Shown one piece after another: positions 49,676 through 63,684 of a stretch of 64,000 nucleotides of DNA. The stretch comes from Takakia lepidozioides (Eukaryota; Plantae; Bryophyta). Below the pieces are notes generated by a model. The model was not told where the DNA came from. It searched no databases and worked only from the letters and a program-made list of their open reading frames with translations. Location: NCBI GenBank assembly GCA_030704615.1, contig CM060733.1:1302001-1366000 (forward strand), read 5' to 3'. The stretch's first letter is position 1, and each line of letters opens with the position of its first letter. The position numbers and the translations under genes are program-made.

Positions 49676-52600
49676 TCACATGTAGGTCGGATGTATCCTT
49701 GCCCGCTTTGGTGCATTGACATTACCAGCAGTTACCTGGTTTCCCCATACCAGCCGGCTCTGAGTGTCCGTGCCTCTCCTCTGATATGATAAAGCCTGCT
49801 GAGCATTACACAATGAAATCAAGGAGATCATGAGGAGGTAACCAGGACGCCATAATTACTTTCTCACATGCTTGGAACAGGAGCTCTCCTAACTAGGTTC
49901 TGAATACATAGATTAATGTTTGAATGAGACCTAATTTAAGCTTTCTGACCCAGCAACATGTCTATCAATTGGGTACAAGAGGTCACTCTCTAGCACGTTG
50001 ACATTGAAGCCTTGACCCAATACGCAGAATTCCCAATTTAGGCAAGTGGACATCAAAAAAAAATTAGTAGGATGTTTGCCATAAATCATCTCTCTAATTG
50101 CATCAAGGGATCATCCTACCTGTTTGGCCCTTTTGTTAGTAGGGGTTGAGATGCGTACTGCACTTCTGCCTTTCCACACAGCTCCTGGGGTTCTGTTCAA
50201 GGCACAATTATCCTGCTTATCCAACACTGATCCCGATTTAGCCTTACAATACTGGTAGCGGTAGCTATCCAAAGTGGAAGGATTACGACTGGGGCCTTTC
50301 AGCACATGTCTGGATGGACTGCTCAACTCTTTGGATTGTAGGTGGTGTGCAGTTGAAGGCTGATCACAGAACCAGGCTGAAGCGGCCTCAGAGTGAGTCT
50401 GTACAAGGAAATCAGATCTCTTTAAGGCTTGAGAAGAACCACACCCCTCAACAATTTCCGGTTCTCTCAACCAAGAATCAATCGCATTCCTTTTCCTGTC
50501 AACCCAACTTTGAAAGGCAGCTCTGACATAACCGGGCTTCTGCAAGTCATCTGTATCACTCCATGGCGCAAGACATGGAGAATCCAAACTCGCCTGCCAA
50601 AATGGTTGATGAGAGATGAAATCTTTTTCAGATGGAGGCTGCTCAAACATTTGACCTGCCTCAGTATCATAGTCAATAGGAGAAAAAGGTCCACACTGGC
50701 CGACCTCTACTGTTCGGTTAGTGCCAACCTCTGAAGCAGGAGGAAAGAAGGGGAGATCAACCTGATCTTCTGTTTGCCTTCTATGTATCCTGCCATTACA
50801 CAATGCATCAGCAGATCCATCAGCTTGTTTTGTGGATAGAATGGGTTGTGAGCAAGTAATTTCTGCTGCCGAAGGCCACTGACCACCCAGCACACCTTGG
50901 CATACAGACGGCTCCCCATATTGACATTGTTTCTTGAATAGCATTAGACTATGTTTGGGTACATCCAGTCCTTCCAATGCAGAAACTTGCTCCGGATGTG
51001 ACAAAGACATGAATTGAGGTAGCGGAATATCAAGAGAGAGTATCGTATGTGCAGTGAGTGGATTGATCGAAGGAAACTCTGTAAGAAAAGCTTCCGCTAC
51101 GGTCACGGACTGTGAGATGGGCCAATAAGAAGACCCTTTGACTCGTTCAATGCATTTCATGGTGACAACATCAGTTGTTTCGGGAGATCCAGAAACAAAG
51201 CATTGCAAATTAATGTTGAGTCCAGCCGCAGCAGCATACAGACTCTGCATTATTTGGAGGACAGCTGAAGTGAACACAGGTGCCCCTTCAAAAATCTAGA
51301 ATCAAACCAACCACAAACATTAGATGTATAAGCTAATACCCTAGAAGATAAAACAACTATAATAGCTTTTCAGGAAACAGAAACAGCAAAGTAACCAGAG
51401 AAAATCCTAAGGAAAATTTGTTGTTTTCAAAGTATCATGGATGCATAGTTGGTGAGTTGAACAGTGATACAAATATGAGAGGTATTGGTGAGAAAAGGAG
51501 CGGCCATTTGCAAAGTCCAAAATTTGATAACCCACCATGAGGCAGTCTCGGAATGAAAAGCGCATGGCCTTCATATGGCTGTCAGCAATAATGTCAATAC
51601 ATGGTAACAATATGGAAGCCGGGTCAATCTTAATGTCTGACAACTGTAGCTTCTCTCTTGTATAAAGGACCAAGCACGTTGATGGGCTCAGGATGAGATC
51701 TATAGGAAGCTGGAGCTCCCTTTCCACAACCTGCATGCAGTCAGTCTCAAGCCGAATTAATTTCTGATAAAAGCTTCTCCTTGCTGTAAGGAGCCCACCT
51801 GGTTGTGCTATGTTTGCAATGATTATACCATCAGGTCTTCTATCAGATAGGCGACTCTCCTCCTTGGCAGACTGGGATTCCAAATTTTGCTGAAAAGCTG
51901 CTTGATGCCTATTTGATGCCAGGAGAACGTCCTCGCTTCTGTGGCATATGTGATGATTCAAGGAGCTGCGAATAGTTGATATCCCTCCTGCTCTGAAGTC
52001 CACGTGGTGTCCCATTTCACTGTTTACTTGCATTGCCTCAGCATAACTCTCCTTGGTGGAAAAAGCATTAAGTGCCTTCACACTACCAGAGGGATACTCA
52101 ACGAAATGTAAGAGAACATTGTATTTCAGCTTATCTGAGTACAAGTAAGAGACTGGTCTACATTCTTCTACTCCATCCAGCTTTCTCTGAAGACCGAAGC
52201 ATACACGGTTGTTGCAGCTGTTCCCTTGCGAGATGTGCCAATCCATATAGAGCCAGTCACTTGGAAAGGTAGGAGAGAGCTTGCTTGAATGGGTGATTAC
52301 TGTAAACAGGTGTTCAAGCGATTGCACTTCATCTTGGTGACTGAACAAGGGCACCGGCAGGGTGAAAAATAAATTTTGGTCTTGTGTCAGCTCGGGCATC
52401 ACGATTAAGGTTTCAAAGTCTTGAGATGGAATCAGAGCATCTAAGTCAGGGAGTATCACGGCTGATCCACTCATCAGACTTGCCATATCTGATTTATCCC
52501 AGCCTGATAGCAATCTAGGAGCTTCCTCAACCACTGTGGGCAATTCAAACTTGACCATGAGATGATGGCCAGGCTGCTCGGAAGGAAGCACAAAGCCGTC

Positions 52601-53407
52601 CTCCAAGAGACTATGACATTCCACCAAAGATAGAAGAGTGGGAGAAAGAAGCTGAGAGCTGAGCTTAGCAGCAAGTATTTCTGGCAGAATTTTGAGCCAG
52701 GAGCCAGATGCACAATCCTCAGGAGCACCGAGCTGGCCTTCCAGTTTGCTGAGCATGCCGAGCTGATCGACGGGGGGTAGTGCCTCGAACACATAGTTGT
52801 TGAGAAATCCTCCCAAAGGCTCAAGCATGTCTGGTACCAGAGGCTCGATTTCATGTGAGGTTCTAGGAGCCGCCATTTCTCCCTCTTCCGCCTCAAATTC
52901 GTCAGCAAACAATGCAAGGTCTTCCTCAAATTTCTGGAGAGTAGCACTGCTGCTACAGACTTTCGATATTGACAAATTGGGCTGCCTTCTGATGAGGCAG
53001 CAATCCGTTTTCTTAGAAGGAAAGGCCGCCTCTGCATCTGATTCTTCTTGCCTCCTCCTCTTGGAACTTCCCTGGATCCTGGATATGGAAGACAGCTTAC
53101 GAATATCTGTCACGTCGACGTCCAAGGTTGGTACACTTCTCCTGAAAGGCACGATTTGTGACAGTAGAAGTTTTCCAGTCTGCATTGCAATTCCAACATT
53201 GACAGAGGCATCATCCCTGCTCTCATCCCTGATCTCCGACACGAATTTCTGAGCCAGAACCACCTCTCCTAGGCTTTCAGTGGAGCCACAGCTGTTCTCA
53301 GTTTCGCTCGAGAGTATGGGAACATGAAGAAGGCTCTTTCTACACTTCTCCTCAGCCAATCGCGCCGCTCGCTCCCAATAATCAATGCCATAGCAACGTA
53401 ACCGCAT
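49676..53407 (-). CDS. SHOC1: SHORTAGE IN CHIASMATA 1 (Zip2/XPF-like meiotic crossover protein), 3 exons
   Basis: N-terminus MRLRCYGIDYW; XPF-like region RRSFYQKLIRLE..VVERELQLPIDLILSP; HhH region FLTEFPSINPLTAHTILS; C-terminal KRAKQ|ALSY..QSRLVW. Exons 53407-51536, 51295-50120, 49795-49676. Confidence 0.88.
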
Positions 53408-54144
53408 AGTCTCTAATTTACGCTTCCTCTGTCTTTCTTTCTTCTAGAACTACACCTGACCTCCAAACGATAGGCTCTGCAAAGATCCTACTATGCGATA
53501 CCAGAAGTTCACAGAGCATTCACAAAATCGTCCTTCATAAAAGCCCCCTCAATGAAATCTACTGAAAGAATGCTACTCAGCTCCCCATACGACAGATCGA
53601 CAGGAATTTATTTGTTATGCTGTGATGTTCTCTTCTCTCTCGTTTGTAGCGATTGCTTTGTTTCTTGCACGTTCTTGATCCACCAGACTTTGAGCTTCCT
53701 CTGCCTCTCTTCTCTTTTCTTTCGAATAGCCATTTTGTTTTGGCGATCGTCATTAGGCCAGCTCGCACTTGCAGCTAACTTTATATAGTAGCTGACATGG
53801 CAGCTGGGTTAGAGGGTAGCTATCCTACATGGCAGGCAACTTTCCATGTCAGCAGCTAACTTACTATAGTTCTACATATATTCTAGACAATATTATTTGG
53901 AAAATTGTAATTGCAGCCTAACCTAAAGCATGGGTCTGAAGACAAAATTCACCTCATCGATTTTATGGCAAGAAAATCATACATCGTCATGATCAGTCGG
54001 TTCTAGTAATTTCGCTGAAGATATAATGCATACATAGTAATGTCGACTATGGGTAGCTTCGGTATCCATATGCGTCTTCGAGTATACCTATGGAGGTACC
54101 CAGAGAATTTAACAAAATAATTTCATCTGTTTCATTAACAACTT

Positions 54145-54379
54145 TTGATTTTGATTTTTAAAAGGGAAACGGCCGGAGCAACCACTCATGGCAAACCAGG
54201 CCCCTTAATTTAGTGAGAGGAGAAAATAAGCTCTTTCATAGGAATTCAGATACCCTTGCCATGAGCACAAGGCTCATGGGACACTGGCCAAGGGAAGGGG
54301 GAGAAGATTATACCACACTCAAACAAAATAGCAGGAGTTGAACCCAGACTCAACTGGATGGCATCACTGAGCTAGCAGT
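54145..54379 (-). mobile_element. tRNA-derived SINE (235 bp)
   Basis: Minus strand has A-box-like TAGCTCAGTGA (54364-54374), B-box GGTTCAACTCC (54334-54344) and an A-rich tail AAAAATCAAAATCAA. Flanking 7-bp direct repeat ACAACTT (54138-54144, 54380-54386). Confidence 0.6.
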
Positions 54380-55424
54380 ACAACTTATAGTTATTTAAGA
54401 ACAATTGAAAATATCGTAATTCAATTGTCGTCAACCCAGGCTTCACCAAACTTGTCCTGTTGGTTATTTTTTCCACTTTCTTAATGCATTTTTGGGCCTC
54501 TTTTTCCGCTTTTCTAGAAAAATAAAAATAAAATTAAGGGTGTCCAGTGTCCACTCGTCCACTTCCTTTTCTTTATTTATTTCTTAAAAAAGAATTGCAC
54601 AACAGGACAGATGACTGCAACGGGGCAGAGTTGCACTCCCTGTCTATTATGTACAATGAATACTATGCAGTATACTCATTCAGTGAATGAGATCAAGCCC
54701 TCGGCATGTCTTCCGAGTTAGCCTTCAAGAGAGCTTGTTGCAGCTCCTTGGCACCATTGTTTATTCCAATGATTTGCTGTTCAAAAGGTTTTACCACAGT
54801 TTAAATGCTTCTCTCTCTCTCTCTGAAACCCCAACCACCTATGTCCCACAGTGCCCCAACCACTGCGAAATCTGTTGGTTTAAACGACTTTATTCCAGCT
54901 CCAACGCGACACTTTGGAGGTTAACTGTAAGCCAGTGAAAGACCAAGTTTGGTAAGCGTGGATGCTACATTTCTCGCTGCAGCTTCCAGAACAGTGATGA
55001 CCAAGAACAAGAGAGTCTAACAATTGGCTCCCTGGAGCATCCATCAATTGCGCCTTCGCATGAGCCTGCCAGTCCACCCCACCGGTGCTCACACCCTTAC
55101 AGCTACTCTCATAGAGTCCCGTCCCAGGCTTCCAAAAAGTATAGAGACGCTCAGACGTTCACGCACTGTTATTTACAAGGTGCAAATTTCCTCAATGCAC
55201 TCAATAATTCCATTTCCCCATGACATACTGCAAAAAGATATATTCTCAAACACCTACGGGCAACAGAGAAAGCACGCTACTGATACCACACATGGAAAAG
55301 AAGGTCTGATATCCAGTAAAATTGATTTCAGCGGACAAACAGCACTATAGCTTGGACCTTACCAACAATAGTCCTGGAGCATATACACCTATCACATTCT
55401 TTGAGAAAACCGGGGATTGAAGGT

Positions 55425-58400
55425 TTAGTACTTCTGCTTTTTTTGCTGCACACGCCAAATGCATGTGGCAAGCCCGAAGACGCAACTGGCAATGGTAATG
55501 CCAACAGCTGCCCACCTCAGTACTGCTATTGTACTTTCGCTGTTGCCACTGTCACTCCCCACCTCAGCAAACAGTCGACCAGCCCCATCTTCCATGCCAA
55601 GGTGTTTGCTGCCTGTTTCTGTAAACATTTTAAGAGATATCCCATACCAGTCCATCAAAAATGTGTAGACTGCCGCTTCATCCCACTCTGGTTTTTTCTT
55701 CCCGGTGTCCTGCTGCTTGGTAGATGCCACCACTCTACACCCACCACATTGTTGCTTGGTTGGCCATAAGCCTTTTGGGAACTTAGGGTTACCAGTGCCC
55801 GAAGCAGCTTCTTCCTTGGCAACGCGCATATTGACCTGTTCCACTGACACTTTGCTTGACCATAGTGTGAAGTTAACAGCAAGCAAAAGAACTAAAGAAA
55901 CACTTAGTCCAACCAAACATCCACTGAAGCACTCATGGTGGGTACTAAAATAGCTTGACTACATGGTTGGAAGGACACCATGACTACTTAGTTGTCGGAT
56001 AGTGGCTGACTCTGATTTGAGTGGATTCTGATTTGTTGATCATAATCATCATTAATCTTAGGATCTTAAGAAAAAAAAAACTTGTCTGGGTTCAACTCTG
56101 TCTAGCTTGTCTTTTCTGCTACCTTGAGCGTCTCTTGCTATGTGCCGGTTATATGCTCTGGTGGGATCTTGGGGCCCCAAGCCAAAGAAACAAGAACCAA
56201 ACATTGCATTTGCCTCTTCTAAGTAGAAATCCACAGGGAAGGATAGTGCTGGCCAGGCATTTTACACATGCTTTTGACTGAATGCTGGCCTCAAGATCAC
56301 CAATAGTGAGACATGGTGAGGAAAAACAGCAACCATACCTCATTATGGGCACGCCAGAGCCACAACACCAAATCACGGCGTGACAACACTCCGTTCATTT
56401 TCATTCTGATGGACACCCTCCAAATTAGGCTGCTACTCCGGGTTCTTTCATCATCACATCTAAGAGTGACCTATCTTCTTCAAGCTTGAACTTCTCATAT
56501 ATTATGAAATGTAGCAAAACAAACAGCTATTTGAAGTGATTCCCTGCAGCAGACTTAGGTGCACTAACGGAATGAGTGCCAGATCAGCAGGCATCTCAAT
56601 TATTCTCATGAATAAAATTCAAACCAGGCACAGGATGTACCTAGAGCTAATATCTAAGAAGTGCTGACGACACAGTTCACAGTTGAAAAAGTTGCGGACG
56701 AAGGCATGGATAGCCAGTATGGCAGCATGACTTTCCGAGTCATCCACACGCACAGACAATGCATGGAACAGCATCCACAACCCACAGCTGCAGAGCACAT
56801 GCAGCTATAAATTAATAGCTGATAATTGTCCAGCCATGACTGCTAGTTTGCAGCGCCAGGTTGTAACACACACTATGACACTATGCAATGATTCATATAT
56901 TGGACTGCAGATTCTGAGAAGGTAACAGCTTACAGGATGGAAACAGTATGACAGTTTTCCAATGCTGCTAGCCATTTGTGCAGGAATCGAATCCCAAATA
57001 GAGATATGCTTTCATCTAAAACTGGCATGAGATTAGTGCAGCAGCAAAAAGAGAGATACAACTCTGTACCTGTAGGCACGAGTTTCACCACCGCACAACA
57101 CCTGCAAAAAAACTCTTGTATTAGCACCCCTATCTCATCTCCTGCTTTCTGCCACCATCCAGCTGAATGTCTGCATCCCCCCTCGTCTTGTCAAGCTACA
57201 CGTGTGCCTGCAGGGTTTCTCAGCGAAAACTCAAATGTAGGCATCCCTGGTGTAGCTTTCCTGCCCAAGAACCTGATGACTTCAAGCTAAAAGGCTTACA
57301 GAAATCATACAACACGACCAATTCACACATAGAATACAACATATACTCTGCAGTAAAGTGGATGAAGAAAGTGTCAGAGTGCTATATCCTTGGATGTGTC
57401 CCGCAGTAATTGTGGTTAGCATTAATCACTAAAAATCACATGTCCGAGTGCATCTACTCATATCCAGCTTGCTGTATGCAGTGTGATGCACCACCTGATA
57501 CTATCTGCATAAATCTTTACAAAATTCAATAATTACAAGACCAAGACCAAGAAACAGACAGTCAACACTGTAGAATGCAGAACAAGGCCAATTGAACAGT
57601 CAGAAAGAAAAACAAATATGACTTAAAAAGCTTGACATAACGGGAAAAAAGCCTGGCTGTTTGTAAGTTGCTAAAATAGACAGGTCGGAAGGGGGACGCT
57701 GCCCAACATCTGTGCTCTCAGCAGCATGGCACTAGATGTCTGGTTGTTCCTGTACAAGTTTTGAGGAGGATCTGGCTGCTGCTGCTATTCCAAAGAAAAT
57801 ACACATAATGGAGAGAAAGGCCTTTAACACAGAAACTACAGACAAGAAAAACAAAGTAGGGGGACTATATATTCAACCCTAAAATTGGGGTTAAAACTAG
57901 AAGCATGTAGAAAGAGATGCAGAAGCAAACCCAGTGGCCACGCGGAAGGGTGTTCCCACATATGGGGTGGTCACGCAAGGCTGCAGTAGGATGCTGGCCA
58001 GATGGCCACAGCTCAGCCACGTTCACCAGTAAGTCAGCACTCCCAGAACGACACCTGCTCTCCCCCCATTATGTGGTTGTCAGGAGGTGAAACTCCTCAG
58101 TCCACGAAGACAATGTAGCTTTCAAGAGAAACTTGAAGTGGCACATGGATAGGATCTAACCTTTTAGAGGGATGGTGGACCACCAAGAGCTGCAAAAATT
58201 TGATGAAAGGATCTCGACTGGAAGAGCCCATCATCTGTATCACCTTGAAATGTTGCAAAACAGTCATGTCCCCAAAGACCAAAAGGAGTACATCCTTTGC
58301 AGCTGCAAAAGTGCCACAATGTACAGGAAGATCACTTGTGCAGATGACTGACCTTTCTTTCATCCACCATGATCTGAAATGCTGTGGCAGTGGCTTCCTC

Positions 58401-61070
58401 AATGTCATTAACTGATGCAGCCATCTTCTCTACCAGACAGCATGCAAACAGAATTAGAATGAGGGCTAAACCGTAACCTTTTGCCTACAGGTCAATATTC
58501 AGCACCAATTAGCAACTCTCCAATAAGCTAACTTAACAAGGACTAAGGCCAATGATACAAACTCCTGCAAGCACTTGATTATACTACAGACTCGTAAGCT
58601 CATCAGCAAATATTAACCTCCACCATCTCAGAGCCATCCGTTGCAGATGCCTTTGGGCGCTCCATGGTTGCCTCCAGCAGGGAATATTCTCTGCTCAAAA
58701 TATTGTGCAGCAGGTTATAATATAAAAGACACAAGAAGACAGATGAATATCTCAGCATCGGTTCAATTCTGTCTTCCGATGCTCTCACCATGAGAACCAC
58801 ATTCCAAAGAGGACCAAACTACAATGGATGAATGGACATACACAAAAACATTGAATCTGCAAAATCAAGCTTTTGTTCTAGACTCCCTCACAAGTAAATT
58901 GACTATCCCACCGGAGTACCGAAACTAGAAATACTGTATTCTTCAGATATAAAGCAATTTAGTAGTCATCAACAAAATACTGGTGCAGTAATGCAAAAGA
59001 AAATAATTGATGAACCGATAGAGAAGAGGGTATACAAGGTGACTCAGATAATGCAGTCAGAAGCAGGGGAAGCAAGGACAGCCCAGGGTGAAGACAGCAA
59101 TAGTGCAGATACGCACTTGCCAACATGCTTATTGATCCACTTGAGTAATGCCTCTGCAGTGCGCACGTCACCTGCACTGACGGCCTCCACTTCAGTTGTT
59201 CCTTTGAGAGGTCCAATTGTAGATGCCACCTTTTTTGGAGGGCCCCAATATAGTGTGGGATAGTGGGTGATAGCAAATCTTTCACAAAGAGTTGAACTAG
59301 CCTGTGCCCATTCCCCCAACAGCAATAAACCATGCTCTTCAACCTCCCATTTTTCAAATTTTTGTGGGGAGTTGAAGTAGCCTGTGCTACCATTCCCCCG
59401 ACAACCATGTTATTAACCTCCTATTCTTTCTTGCCAATTGCCAGCAGCCTTTCACATTATCTGGTAGAAATTTGACTGTAACCATATAGTTCACAAAAAA
59501 GCTCTCCAGATATAAGACACATCATGGGAAGGCAGCATAGTGCACACGCACAGGTCATGCAAATATGCTACTGTGACATAAACACAGCTTCAGGTTGACC
59601 TATAAGCTTATTGGACGTACATCCCCCTTGAACATGCACACATGATACTTCTTAGTCAAGTCAAAAAAGAAGCAATCAAGAGAACTGAAGCAGGTCCTTG
59701 CATTCACCTGATCAGCACAATCCACCTTGGCAACATACACCTCACCCGCATGTACAGCATCCAGCCTGTTGAAGAGCTGTGCAATACGCTCATAGTATGG
59801 CTGCATTCAGTTTCACATGCAATGTCAGAAATTGGCCTCTCTGCTGGGCCAAAGTCTCCTAATGGAAGAAACCTAGCTGCTGTTCGTATACATTACTGCC
59901 TCCTTCACCAGGTAGGCTACATGTTTTACCGCAAATGACAATGAAACCAGCGTACGGTCCTTGCATGATTCTTTCCAAGGACCCCTGCTCTCACACTATT
60001 GGGGGATATGTTAGAGCTTCTCCTCTCACAGAGACTCTCACACTCTTGCCAAATTTCAGGAAGTTTGAAAACAGTGGCTCACCTTGTAATTTCGGCATGC
60101 AGGGCACCTGCACCCTCCCGGACAATTTGCAAAGCTGTGAGTATCGCGGCATTGTCCACCTCACACTCTCGCTAAGAAAGTCCCAACAAGTCCAGAAGAA
60201 AAGGTCAAATGACTCTTGCTTGGCTGTAGGGGAAACCCACATAGACCACATTACAAAATATGTACGGATTGACAGCTCCCTTATGTGCAGTGCACCCTTG
60301 AGGCCATAGTCTGAGGTATCAACCAACCCAGAGCCAGCTGGTGAAATTTCTACCCACCAGGGCATAAAAGCTCAGCCTGATATTGGTTATAACCCGAAAT
60401 TCCCCATGACAATGCAAGTGACTCTTGTCGAGTGTTTGATGTCCGGATCTCATGCTAGGAAACCAACCCAGCACTGTTGCCCTAGCCCCCTATTTCGCCG
60501 CAGACCGCTCAATCACAGTTGATCTAGAAGATCCATAGTAGGAAATAGAGGGTTTTTGGTCACCAGTGTGAACCCTAACTATTTCTCTTCGCAAAACAGC
60601 ATAGAAGCCAGAGGCTGAGTACACTAGAAAAGCTCGCGCATACTACATTCATCCAACGCAGCTCATCTCACGGAGAGACAAGCGGCTGTTGATTTGCTGG
60701 AAAGCTAGGATGTACTTCTCAAGGAAAAGCTGAGCTGCCATGAAGGAGAGCGAACCAATCGTAAAGAAACTCAGATCGGAACTTCAAAACAAGGCAAAAT
60801 TTGCTGACCACCTCAAGCTACAGGGACACGAGCTGCAAAGAATCCATAAGAGAGGGTGAAGGGAACCCACCAGTGAGCGTAAAATTCCACCAAAGCCCAT
60901 GGAGCAGTAACTGCCTTCAAGGTAGAATTGAAGGTCCCGGCAGTGAGCTCGTGTGCATAATCTGACGGTGAAGAAATAGACGTCCCGCTCCGAGCCGCCT
61001 GAGCACCCCCTACTAACATAACCATCCATAGACACGCCAACACCGCCCTGCAGCCTTCTTGGCCCACCAT
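55425..61070 (-). CDS. QSOX: Quiescin-sulfhydryl oxidase (thioredoxin + Erv/ALR domains), multi-exon
   Basis: Signal peptide; VEFYAHW|CPACRNYK|PYYERIA..KVDCA; ITHYPTLYWG; Erv motifs CGLWMLFHA, NFFNCELCRQHF, LWLWRAHNEVNMR, WPTKQQCGGC; C-terminal TM segment. A short extra last exon is possible. Confidence 0.93.
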
Positions 61071-61522
61071 CTTCTACAGAAATTAAAGCTCCTCCATCAA
61101 TACCCCGCCTGCTCCGATATCCTTTGCTCACCACCCCCTCTCTCTCAGGGTACTACTGCCTCCAACAGTCTTCATACTGTGCTCCGTAGATCCCATCAGC
61201 CTCGTAACAAAAATGGAAGGTGGGTTGTCTAGATCCTTGTGCGAGTCACGCCAACCAGCCCACTGAATCGACCCACGTTGGGATCTATGCAGGTCGCCAC
61301 TAGCATTTTGCCACCCGAGCACCTCCCTCCTGGATTCTCTTTCTGTAGGGCTCTGTGAGAGACTTGCGGATATTCTCTTATTCCCTCCACTCCTTTCAGA
61401 CTTGTGAATAAGTCAAACCATTCATCCATTTATAACTTTCACAGTTGCATGCAGAATTGATTCTGGACTAGCAATGAGATACAACCACAACCCAAGTTAG
61501 CCTAAACAAACCTCAAATGGCA

Positions 61523-61691
61523 ATTGGCTCTCTTGCTTTGCTTTGGCACAACATAAGGGTAGGTAAGACTAGGGAGCATGACTCAGCACAACACACCAAC
61601 CAGCGCCTTGACATGGTGTAAGGTACTTTGACCACATTTTCTCCATTGACTTGCATGTCTCCGCAAAGTCTCTCTCTACAAGAGAGCTAAT
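61523..61691. mobile_element. ~170-bp MITE, same family as 42609-42773
   Basis: ATTGGCTCTCTTG ... CAAGAGAGCTAAT; internal sequence colinear with the 42.6-kb copy. Confidence 0.7.
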
Positions 61692-63314
61692 AAAGGTGTA
61701 CTTAGATTACTGCCTATAAAAGATAAAGGTCCAAGCTATTTCTTCTCCGCATGAAGAGTGAGGTCCAGGCTACTTCTAGCGTTAAGGTAATTGTAGACCC
61801 GAGAGAGATTGCCAAGTGTATAACTCGGTGGTATACTACCTATATATGGAATAGCAAACATACCATCACTGCAGGCCCAGGTAATTTGGCCTCTAGCCTA
61901 GTGCTGTAAAAATGTCAGTTTTGGGCCAAACTCAAAACTGAATATATGTCAGTTTTGGGTTATTTTGGGGAAGGATTCTATAGCCCCGGAAAGATTCTCT
62001 AATGATCCTTTGGCCCAGGGATAAAGATTCTACCCGGGGATGTGAGCATGCCCAGGGTTAGATTTCAAACAAATATTCTCTTACCCCGGGCTAGCGCCGT
62101 ACCTGGGTCTAGATGATGAAAGTTTCATCCATCCCCATATTTTACAACAGTATTTTTTATGTATTTTGTATACGTACTTGTTTGTAACGGGCAGGCACGT
62201 CCAGCCAAACAAAGGTGTCATTTTGTTTCACTGATTAAGAGACTCAAGATTTTGGCCAACTGGACTCGAATTGGTGGCAAAGCTTACAGTATTCCTCCTG
62301 TGTATCTCCTAGATGCCACTGTAACCATGGCAGCGAGTGACACGACAGGTTGCACATGGTCATGTGGGAATGCACCGAAATATAAACGTCTTCAAGTTGT
62401 CAGACTCCTCAGCTGACTGGTAATTCTGGTTAGATGCCTCTTTAAATGACCTCCGTAGGCTCATAATGATCGTCCATTTGTCAGCCCATCATAATCGAAA
62501 GTCCCTCTCCAAGTTTGCTCTAAGCTTGGGGTCGACACATTTGCTCAAATCATGAGATGTTGGTACTTGTCCAAGAAGGAGACTTACAATCGCGTAGGAG
62601 AAGGGTCGGGACACCTCAAACTTGTACAATGCTATCTTGAAAATCAGATGGCCTAGCATGCGTGCCTGTGCAACGCAAGTAAAACAAATAATATTAGCAT
62701 TCAAATAACACATCTGGTGAGTGGTAGAATATAAAAGCTCAAGGTAGCAGCTGGCTGCAAGTATAGTGAACATGGAGATTTACCCTATCCAACTGAATAT
62801 CGGGTCGGACAATTTCAGTGTCGAGTTTTACATGTAGAATTATCTTTTGGAGGTTGTTTGGATACTCGAAAATTGCATTGTAGTTCTGCAACACATAATA
62901 AATTTCAGTTAACTTTGTAGGTATCTTTGGCTTTCTTTAGCTGAGTGTTGATCAAATTTGATTAGCTATAGGTTCAGATTCTTACAAATGTGATTGACCA
63001 GAACTGTTTTCATGCGTTAGTCAACCGCGTCAAAGGTATTGCTTTCAGCAATATATTGTCGCTTGAGTGGATGAAGTCCACCTTGGGCTTGTAGGAAGCT
63101 TGTTTGGAGACCACATATGAGCACCATTACTCTGTAAAAGCGGCAAGCTCTTTCCCTTGGTGCACCTGAATACACGTTATTTAGAATATGTTGCATAATA
63201 TGCAAGAGCTTCCTCTCCTAGTGGCATTGCAATCAGACCCTCTGTTTCTCAGTCCTAGGCATGCATAAAAACAACCATGTATACCTGAATATGAGTGTTT
63301 AGGATTGGTGAGGA

Positions 63315-63684
63315 GTCTAGGTAGGAGTTATAGGCTTTGAAGACTATGTGGAAAAGATAGAAGCGTTGATAGTCCAACAATGTTGAGACAATGCTTCATC
63401 AACTTTGACTCTTGCTTCCAACAAAAGCAACTCATCCTCCTCACCCTGCTTATGGGCTTGACGACACATTAGCTCCAATTGACTTTTCGAAAAAGATGTG
63501 TCTAGGTAGGAGTTGTAGGCTTTGAAGACTATGTGGAAAAGATAGAAGCGTTGATAGTCCAACAATGTTGAGACAATGCTTCATCAACTTTGACTCTTGC
63601 TTCCAACAAAAGCAACTCATCCTCCTCGGCCAGCTTATGGGCTTGACGACACATAAGTTCCAATTGACTTTTCGAAAAAGATGT
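63315..63684. repeat. 185-bp tandem duplication (2 copies) inside a degenerate minus-strand coding remnant (~62160-64000)
   Basis: GTCTAGGTAGGAGTT...CGAAAAAGATGT at 63315 and 63500; both encode ..SFSKSQLELMCRQAHK..EEDELLLLEARVKVDEALSQHC.. Confidence 0.85.

Noticed and set aside
53770-53870. Short inverted repeat GCTGACATGG...CCATGTCAGC upstream of SHOC1
   Set aside because: Only 10-bp arms, no TSD; insufficient to call a MITE or regulatory element.
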